Translations under genes and position numbers: made by a program
The notes under the pieces: generated by a model
Told to the model about the DNA's origin: nothing
The model's database searches: none
The model's input: the letters and a program-made list of their open reading frames with translations, nothing else
Assembly: GCA_048128005.1 (NCBI GenBank)
Contig: JBEUKZ010000010.1
Coordinates: 186,001 to 250,000, forward strand
Direction of reading: 5' to 3'
Source: Veleropilina oligotropha
Taxonomy: Eukaryota
Length of the DNA stretch: 64,000 bases
Shown here: piece after piece, positions 1 through 7,973 of the stretch
Position numbering within the stretch: position 1 is the first letter of the stretch
Layout of the letters: every line of letters starts with the position of its first letter

Positions 1-214
1 TATGAATAATATCTTTGGTGAATGTGATGCAAATAGTGAATATATAAAGTAGCATGTACTGTCTTTTCTTAAAAATTATTTTTGCCTTGAGTTAATGCTC
101 ATCAAGTTGAATTATTTTCAAGAAAGGCAAATAACTTGTGAAGCAATATAAAGGAAAGAGCATTTTTGTAATTTCTATTTACTATAAATCACTTTTCAAT
201 AATATTCTGTTACC

Positions 215-350
215 ATGCAAATATAGTGCATTATACAATGTTTGTAGTTAGGAAGCAATAACAAAATGTAGTAGAAGCCAAATGCAAATATAGTGCATTA
301 TACAATGTTTGTAGTTAGGAAGCAATAACAAAATGTAGTAGAAGCCAAAT
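215..350. repeat. Perfect 67-bp tandem duplication
   Basis: ATGCAAATATAGTGCATTATACAATG...GTAGAAGCCAA starts at 215 and again at 282. Confidence 0.9.
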
Positions 351-954
351 GAACACTAATTTATGCTGTAACATGCATTATCCCCCAATTAGACTCAAAT
401 TTATTCAACAACCCACATCTCTAACCAGTGCACTCAGACAACCCCGATTGTCAACAAAAGACCACAGCTGATGGCATCCAGAGAGAGGCCTGAACATTTG
501 TAAACAACCGAGAACTCCCGTATACTCAACGTTTCGTTTGGTACACCTGATCCGATTGTTGTGGGCTTCTTCGATAGTAATGGATACACCCAAAATAACC
601 AGAGGTTGCTCCGCCCTTCACACTTCAATATTATCGTAATATTATCGTAATCATTGTCAAAGAGCAGCAAACACACGGCCATGTTTGCTGTTCTATTGTC
701 GAGAATGGTGAATGTTGACGAAGCTGATAAGGTTTCTTGTGTTGGCTTTGTAATCTGCGGGACTTTTTGTCAATGTTTGGCATTTACTACAAAAGGTTAA
801 AAGGGTCTACCTACGACAGTAACATCATTCTGGCTCAAATTAATTCACAATCCAAGCAGTTATAAGCACCCACTTATACATGTATGTATTGCACTATTTC
901 GTATATATGTCAAATTGCCTTCTATTTGAGCAAGCAGTAAATTTTACTTCAGTA

Positions 955-1220
955 AGGCCGCCACTGTGGTACAATGGTATGAGTACATTTACCGTTCTCA
1001 ATCACTCGAGATGATTACACCGATTTGACAGTGTGGGTTACATTCTGTCTCAAACACTCCCTGAGAACGGATTCAACAGTCATGGTAGTCTATAACTGTT
1101 GGAGGAAGGTCACGGTTTCACCGGATATTACAGACTCTCATCACTGGATAATATCGGCATGTCCCATGACCATAGCTGTTTACTAGGACTATTAACTTAA
1201 AATGGAAATAAAATTATTAT
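955..1220 (+). mobile_element. Degenerate tRNA-derived SINE-like remnant
   Basis: GGCCGCC...TGGTACAATGG A-box-like head, GGTTTCACCGG core resembling the second SINE family, and an AT-rich tail; weak similarity only. Confidence 0.35.
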
Positions 1221-1639
1221 GTGAGCATGCAAAGTGAACTTCACACATATTTCATTTTGAAGTGTTTGCATCATACATATATTGATTATGATATCTAAAT
1301 ATGCAATGTTTGTGATACCAGCTCAGTTTGTTAGCGTTTATTTGTAGCCTTCGCTGAGGATCATGAGTGTAATGATCTAAAACATGGCTCATTGTTCAAC
1401 TTAGATGTTGTTTTACATAGATATTGTAAGTGATCCGCGATCATAGAACTTTACTATTGAATTTTTGATAAAAAGTTCCCATACAGGTATCAATGCGACA
1501 GTACCCGAACGCAGCAGGTAATTCTGAAGGTGGGGTATTAGATATCGAGATCATGATTCATGTTTGAAATGAAAGCTGCATAATTTTGATAGCATTTAAC
1601 ATTATACTGCACCTAATACTGAAAATCCTGTAAGACCAG

Positions 1640-1855
1640 ATATAGTTACAAACATACTTACGTCCTTACTCTTGCCATAATAGTATATTATCGCCCAAAC
1701 CGGAAATGGTGAATATGTCCCATAATGCACCGTTAATAAGCCAAAAAGCACACGGTTACCTCCCCTGCTCCTACCCCCCACGTTCCCTAGCGAGACTTCG
1801 CCAAGTCTCGTGAGACTTCTGAACAATAGAAGTCACATGACATCAATTCAAAGTT
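1640..1855 (+). repeat. DIRS copy A left inverted terminal repeat
   Basis: Reverse complement of 16311-16516; its first 38 nt are complementary to the left half of the ICR. Confidence 0.95.
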
Positions 1856-2636
1856 TTCCGCTGCCGCGGAAAGACGTTGTTTTTGCTCCGCAAATATTTC
1901 GATATAGGCGCCCGATTTCACGTTAAATCAGGGCGCAGTTTCTACTTATATAGTATATAAGTAGTGGAATATAACAGTGTTGTGGATATAAAACACATGT
2001 GAATATAAGAAGAGTGATTCTCAAAACTTCGAGGAAGTTCTGGACATCAAAGGAAACAGACATCGTCGTCAAGGACGCCAGTGGCCATTAAAGATGGCCG
2101 CTTAGAGGGAAAGTTTCGAGTGGTAGCTGAAATTTCTGGTCTGTATAATTATCTGATATTGTTTGAGACTGCAAAACAGGTAACTCATTATATTGGATAA
2201 TTCCTTAACAACGCTATTTGCTGGTTATTTATTATATATAAAATTTTCTAGCGTTGTTAAAAGGCAGGATCTTTTTATATTAAGCTTGCGTTAATTTTCT
2301 GATATCCTGCCGTTGCTGGGATAATACGCCATTGTACTAACTTAAAACATCCACGAGGTTTTCAGGTGTTTTTCTGGGCGGGTTTTTTCGAGGAAAGAAC
2401 CCCCCTTTGTTTTAGTCAATTTGCCGGGTTACCGGGTCGGTCGGGTAAAATACCCGACCTCGGTGTTCCCAGTTCGGGGTTCTAATAACGGTATATCGCT
2501 TGATCTCTAATCTTCAGATCAGGACAATTCTGTGAGTTGTCGTAGTACTCCCTCCAAGGAAAGAAGTCTCAACTACCATATATATACCTATTTATCTACC
2601 CCGTCTACCCACGTCCACCCTCCCGTGTATTTAGCT

Positions 2637-4886
2637 ATGGTCCGGTGCAGTAGCTCCGGGTGTAACCAGAAAATTCACGCATTTGATAGGCACAAGGAAT
2701 GTTGTACTCACCGTAGCTGTAGTATACATCATCAATGTGATCTGTGCTTTCTTCTATCAGATAAGCAGTGGGCAACCCTGTCTCACCACGGTAAGTCGAC
2801 CAGGGCGACTGCCACGGTGGGTCCTCCCCAGGAGAAGGGTCAGGAAGAGACCGGTAAGTTACCTAACGTTTCTTCTTTGTCTGCTTCAGGGACGCTGGAC
2901 GACAGCCGACACAAGGGGACGTCTGTCGCCGGATCCACCGGCGAAACCTCCGCGACTCTTGGGAGAGTCACCGAAACCTTGCCGGTACCCAAGATTCAGG
3001 TAAAGACCCGAGTGTCGACCGATCCTCCTAAACCGGGCCTAGTAGCTGCAGTCAGCCATACCTTGCCGGCTAGCAAGGTATACATGACAGCGCAGCGAAC
3101 AGCTGTACAGGGCAGACCATCCCCATCCTTTTCTTCGGCCTCGAAGAATAAGGGGACAGTTAGTCCTTCTGCGGGAAACTCACCGTCTTCCTACGGTGAC
3201 AGACCCAATGCAGAGAAAGCCTTTAAAGAGGCCGGGCACCTACTTGTAGGTCTAAGACTCGGACAATCGGCGAAACCTGAATCCTCGGTCGAGAACGATG
3301 CGACTTCCCCTAGGGGTTTTCCGCTCAACCTCGAAGCTCACGAGACATTCAGAGGGCCCGGTCTCTCCCGTGCACCCACCGTGGTCACGCTAGAGAACGT
3401 GGACAGACCGGCTGCGTTCGGGACGGGGTTCTACGGCGGTTTTCCGTCCGTGCCTCGCTCGAACAGAGTGGTAGACCGATCAGAACTGTTGCCGCAGTCC
3501 TATCGGTCGTCCGGCCCACTGACTGCGCCTCCGGGCCAGTCCTTCGGGTTCGACCCCTCGACAAGTGCCCGTGGACCCTGGTCCTCGGTTCGACCTGTCA
3601 ATGCAGCCCGTCTACCTAGCGCCACGGTTACCTCGACAGAACTACCGGCTGTTAGTTCGTCGCCCGTCCTGCCTCCGGGTTTCTCTTTTGAGAACGTCCA
3701 GGCATGGATCGCGGCGGGGATCGAGGAACGGTGTAAGGCCTGGCCGACGGCTCCCGAGCCGCACCTGGTACCTACACTTCTGCCCATGGCGCAGAGCACG
3801 GCTCCTGCCTCAGTGATAGACATCGACCCTCGTTCCGACGAGGATCTCTGTTCAAATCACACCGACCTCCCTGAATCGGTCGGGTCCGAAGACATTAGTC
3901 TTACAGGCACGCAGGAGCCGACCTCCTCCACCCGCCGAAGGCTCGACGCTGTTGCGTCACTTCGCGGGGTGCTTGGCTTGTCGGAACCGACTCGGTCGGC
4001 TGTAGACGTAGCCAAGCATAGGACGGCAGCACATCGGTTTGTTGCGAGGGAAGCCCCCGAGCTCCCCTCCTTACCTCAGTCCGGGCTGGTGGATCTTGTT
4101 GTAGACTCGATCACCAAGCTCGTTCAGGGGCGCAATCCGGTGGAGTCCTCCCCGCTGAACGAGTTCCCTTCGGGGTTCCGTAGTGGGAGGTACCTCCGGG
4201 CCAGTACTCGAGCGATCCCGTTCGAATGCACTGGCCCGTGCCTGGCGACTGAGCCGGCTCGTGTTGACGCTTCGTTGCGTCGACTGACCGCCAGTCACAC
4301 TCCCTCCGTAGCGAAAGTTCCTTGGTCCGCCTTGGAAGCTTTCGAGAGCTCCGCCCGACGGGCTCTGCGGCTATCGTCCGTTCAGGATTTTTTCCTAGAC
4401 GGGGCGATAGCCGTATTACAGGAGAATGGACCCGGCGCCACCGAGGCTGCCCTGTCCTTCCTCCAGGAGGTTGCTGCCGCGCAGGAGACCAGCGCGTTGG
4501 AGACGGGACGTGTCCTGGGCAATGCCCTCCTACTTCGTAGGGATGCTTGCCTGGAAGGTACCTCGCTGGACGAGCCCACCCGGCGCTCGTTGCGATGCGT
4601 ACCTTGCTCGGCCACCACTCTCTTTGGTGACAACTTCACGGAGTTTGTTGACAAGAGAGCGGCGGACATTAAGGACCGTGCCATCGAGAAGGCAGTACTG
4701 CTCCCCACCCGGGGTCCACCTGCCAACTCGAAGAAGCGCTCCGGGCCCACCCCGGCCCCGAAGCCTTCTAAGCGTGCGAAGCCCTCTTCGGGTGGTAGGC
4801 CTCCGGCCAATAAACCCACTCCAAAGAGGCAAGCACCTCCAGCGAAATCCCGCAAGCAGAGCGGGATAGGGAAGCCTCGGCCCTAG
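2637..4886 (+). CDS. DIRS ORF1, gag-like protein (N-terminal Cys/His cluster, Ser/Pro-rich middle, helical C-terminal region, basic tail)
   Basis: ATG 2637 (MVRCSSSGC) is conserved in all four copies; C..C...D.H..C..HR.C.....C..C motif; ends CCC TAG. The ORF track start at 2532 is a GTG. Confidence 0.85.
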   Translation: MVRCSSSGCNQKIHAFDRHKECCTHRSCSIHHQCDLCFLLSDKQWATLSHHGKSTRATATVGPPQEKGQEETGKLPNVSSLSASGTLDDSRHKGTSVAGSTGETSATLGRVTETLPVPKIQVKTRVSTDPPKPGLVAAVSHTLPASKVYMTAQRTAVQGRPSPSFSSASKNKGTVSPSAGNSPSSYGDRPNAEKAFKEAGHLLVGLRLGQSAKPESSVENDATSPRGFPLNLEAHETFRGPGLSRAPTVVTLENVDRPAAFGTGFYGGFPSVPRSNRVVDRSELLPQSYRSSGPLTAPPGQSFGFDPSTSARGPWSSVRPVNAARLPSATVTSTELPAVSSSPVLPPGFSFENVQAWIAAGIEERCKAWPTAPEPHLVPTLLPMAQSTAPASVIDIDPRSDEDLCSNHTDLPESVGSEDISLTGTQEPTSSTRRRLDAVASLRGVLGLSEPTRSAVDVAKHRTAAHRFVAREAPELPSLPQSGLVDLVVDSITKLVQGRNPVESSPLNEFPSGFRSGRYLRASTRAIPFECTGPCLATEPARVDASLRRLTASHTPSVAKVPWSALEAFESSARRALRLSSVQDFFLDGAIAVLQENGPGATEAALSFLQEVAAAQETSALETGRVLGNALLLRRDACLEGTSLDEPTRRSLRCVPCSATTLFGDNFTEFVDKRAADIKDRAIEKAVLLPTRGPPANSKKRSGPTPAPKPSKRAKPSSGGRPPANKPTPKRQAPPAKSRKQSGIGKPRP

Positions 4887-6960
4887 GGCTGCCGGCATTC
4901 GCGACGGCCCCAGTTGCCCGCTCCCGCCGGTGGGAGCGTGCCTGTTAGCACACAGCCAGCCCTGGCTAGAGCTGACAGACAGCAACTGGGTCCACTTAGT
5001 CGTGAGTGCCGGATACAAGTTGGCATTCAACCGGCATCCGACCTTAACCGAGGCACCACCAACAAGACACGCTCGCCTCCTAAACGGAGAGAAACAAGCG
5101 GTCTTAGACCAGGCAGTGCGGGATTTGCTCCTAAAAAGAGCGATATATCCCGCGCCACCCAGCACACCAGGATTTTACAGCCATTTCTTCCTGGTCCCGA
5201 AACCCGATGGCCGCTGGAGACCGATCCTCGATCTCTCGTACCTAAACCTATATCTTCGTACCGAGAAATTCCAGCAAGAAACCCTCTCGAAGATTCGAGC
5301 GGCCATCCGTCCGGGCGACTGGGCAGCGTCTATCGATCTCGCCGACGCGTATCTGCATGTCCCGATGCATATCACGGCTCATCAGTACCTTCGGTTTATA
5401 CACGGGGAGACGATCTACCAATTCAGGTGCCTACCGTTCGGTCTATCGTCAGCCCCGTACGTCTTCACGAGAACAGTACAGGCCCTGGGGGCCTTCCTAC
5501 ACTCTCTAGGGCACAGGGTACATATGTACCTCGACGACTGGCTGATCCTCGGGGCGTCCCGAGATCTGTGCCTCCGGTCTACGAGCTTTACCCTGTCATC
5601 GACGAAGCGCCTGGGATTTCAGATCAACGAGACAAAATCCTGCTTCGTGCCCTCGACGACGTTTACGTTCCTCGGAGTCGACTTCGATACGGTCCGGTAC
5701 ACCGCGAAGCCGACCCAGAAGCGTATGCGGAACCTACGCGCGGTTATCCAAGACACCCTGTCATCGGACATAACTACGGCGCGACAACTGGCCACTGTCC
5801 TGGGGCACATCGAGTCGGTAGCGCCCCTGCTACCGACGGGTCGCATGGACAAAAGACCGTTACAACAGGCTTTCAGGGATCGCTGGATACAACGGACGGG
5901 GCAGTGGAAGGATCGCATCGATCTACGGCATTGGTTTACCGACACGACAGCAGTGTGGTTGAACCCCGCTTTGCCGGACCAGTCGGTTCCTATATCCCCA
6001 CCAGAGCCGAACGCTTACCTGTTCACAGACGCTTCGAACGACGGCTGGGGTGGTCACCTCGACAGTTACGAGACATCAGGCCTATGGCCGACAGACCTTC
6101 AGGGACGACATATCAACTTCCTAGAGTTAGAAGCCGTCTACCTGTCAGTACGGTCCCTCTCGTCACATCTCCGCAACAAGCATATAATGCTCGCCACGGA
6201 CAACACGACTGTCGTCGCTTACATACAGCACCAGGGCGGTACACGCTCGCGTCCCCTATGCGACCGAGCAATAGACCTACACCGCTTAGTAATGTCCCTC
6301 AACTCGACGATTCGAGCCCGACACATCCCGGGAAAGCTGAATGTCAGAGCGGATTCGCTCTCTCGGAGATCACAGATAATACACACAGAGTGGACGCTAC
6401 ACAGCCGAGTAGCTCGGGAGGTTTGCCGCCGGTGGTCGCAACCCCAAGTCGACTTGTTTGCAACAGAATTCAATTACCGACTACCTCTGTATGTCTCCCC
6501 GTACCCAGACCCGGCCGCCCTGGCGGTCGACGCAATGTCAATGACATGGGAGAATCTGTCCGCGTATGCCTTCCCCCCGACGTGCATTCTATCACTGGTA
6601 TTACAGAAGGCAGCGACCGAACGTTGCGAGATAACGCTAATAGCGCCCCTGTATCGCACGCAACCTTGGTTTCCGACCCTCCTCGATCTGATCGTCGATC
6701 GACCGTTAGCGTTACCGCAGAAACTAGACCTGTTAATGCAACCACGCACCCGTGTACTCCACGAGTCGCCGAACCACTTACGTTTACACGCCTGGCGGTT
6801 ATCGAACGATCCCTTGCTAAGAAAGGATTTTCTAAAGCTACAGCCTTACGTATCTACCGATCGAGAAGGATTTCCACTACAAAAGTCTATGACTACCGAT
6901 GGGTTAAGTACGTGGATTGGTGTCACAGCAGGCAGATCAATATACTCCGTCCCCCTGTGA
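4882..6960 (+). CDS. DIRS ORF2: reverse transcriptase + RNase H + adenine-methyltransferase-like domain (intact; no usable AUG)
   Basis: FLVPKPDG, RPILDL, IDLADAYLHVP, LPFGLSSAP, YLDD; RNase H FTDAS..GWGG, HINFLELEAV, TDN, ADSLSR; MT-like DLFAT and YAFPP. Start is approximate (frame opens at 4870). Confidence 0.93.
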   Translation, partial: PRAAGIRDGPSCPLPPVGACLLAHSQPWLELTDSNWVHLVVSAGYKLAFNRHPTLTEAPPTRHARLLNGEKQAVLDQAVRDLLLKRAIYPAPPSTPGFYSHFFLVPKPDGRWRPILDLSYLNLYLRTEKFQQETLSKIRAAIRPGDWAASIDLADAYLHVPMHITAHQYLRFIHGETIYQFRCLPFGLSSAPYVFTRTVQALGAFLHSLGHRVHMYLDDWLILGASRDLCLRSTSFTLSSTKRLGFQINETKSCFVPSTTFTFLGVDFDTVRYTAKPTQKRMRNLRAVIQDTLSSDITTARQLATVLGHIESVAPLLPTGRMDKRPLQQAFRDRWIQRTGQWKDRIDLRHWFTDTTAVWLNPALPDQSVPISPPEPNAYLFTDASNDGWGGHLDSYETSGLWPTDLQGRHINFLELEAVYLSVRSLSSHLRNKHIMLATDNTTVVAYIQHQGGTRSRPLCDRAIDLHRLVMSLNSTIRARHIPGKLNVRADSLSRRSQIIHTEWTLHSRVAREVCRRWSQPQVDLFATEFNYRLPLYVSPYPDPAALAVDAMSMTWENLSAYAFPPTCILSLVLQKAATERCEITLIAPLYRTQPWFPTLLDLIVDRPLALPQKLDLLMQPRTRVLHESPNHLRLHAWRLSNDPLLRKDFLKLQPYVSTDREGFPLQKSMTTDGLSTWIGVTAGRSIYSVPL

Positions 6961-6976
6961 ACAAGTTTATCGAGTT
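4887..6976 (+). pseudogene. DIRS copy A ORF3 5' part (overlaps ORF2; N-terminal part of tyrosine recombinase), broken by insertion of copy B
   Basis: Stop-free frame from the gag TAG to ...PVNKFIE, where the ITR of copy B begins. Confidence 0.9.
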
Positions 6977-7973
6977 ATATAGTTACAAACATACTTACGT
7001 CCTTACTCTTGCCATAATAGTATATTATCGCCCAAACCGGAAATGGTGAATATGTCCCATAATGCACCGTTATAAGCCAAAAAAGCACACGGTTACCTCC
7101 CCTGCTCCTACCCCCCACGTTCCCTAGCGAGACTTCGCCAAGTCTCGTGAGACTTCTGAACAATAGAAGTCACATGACATCAATTCAAAGTTTTCCGCTG
7201 CCGCGGAAAGACGTTGTTTTTGCTCCGCAAATATTTCGATATAGGCGCCCGATTTCACGTTAAATCAGGGCGCAGTTTCTACTTATATAGTATATAAGTA
7301 GTGGAATATAACAGTGTTGTGGATATAAAACACATGTGAATATAAGAAGAGTGATTCTCAAAACTTCGAGGAAGTTCTGGACATCAAAGGAAACAGACAT
7401 CGTCGTCAAGGACGCCAGTGGCCATTAAAGATGGCCGCTTAGAGGGAAAGTTTCGAGTGGTAGCTGAAATTTCTGGTCTGTATAATTATCTGATATTGTT
7501 TGAGACTGCAAAACAGGTAACTCATTACATTGGATAATTCCTTAACAACGCTATTTGCTGGTTATTTATTATATATAAAATTTTCTAGCGTTGTTAAAAG
7601 GCAGGATCTTTTGATATTAAGCTTGCGTTAATTTTCTGATATCCTGCCGTTGCTGGGATAATACGCCATTGTACTAACTTAAAACATCCACGAGGTTTTC
7701 AGGTGTTTTTCTGGGCGGGTTTTTTCGAGGAAAGAACCCCCCTTTGTTTTAGTCAATTTGCCGGGTTACCGGGTCGGTCGGGTAAAATACCCGACCTCGG
7801 TGTTCCCAGTTCGGGGTTCTAATAACGGTATATCGCTTGATCTCTAATCTTCAGATCAGGACAATTCTGTGAGTTGTCGTAGTACTCCCTCCAAGGAAAG
7901 AAGTCTCAACTACCATATATATACCTATTTATCTACCCCGTCTACCCACGTCCACCCTCCCGTGTATTTAGCT

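Noticed and set aside
1345..1392. Hammerhead-ribozyme-like CTGAGGA...stem (and CTGATGA...GAAA at 16728-16750)
   Set aside because: The GAAA core or stem II pairing is missing; at best decayed Penelope-type remnants.
1602..1826. Recurring small ORFs MFRSLTRLGEV... and MTSMVQKSRET... (also at 6975, 14220, 16340, 24598, 31826)
   Set aside because: They lie in the ITRs, start at TTG or GTG, and the frame is not conserved between subfamilies.
4426..4869. ATG at 4426 (MDPAPPRL) as the natural start of the RT ORF
   Set aside because: An in-frame stop intervenes in every copy (4867 in A and its equivalent in B; a different TGA in C and D) and the ATG is absent in D.
3500..6749. Many short antisense or alternate-frame ORFs inside the DIRS copies
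   Set aside because: Expected shadows of GC-rich dual-coding sequence; they recur only because the element is repeated; no recognisable domains.
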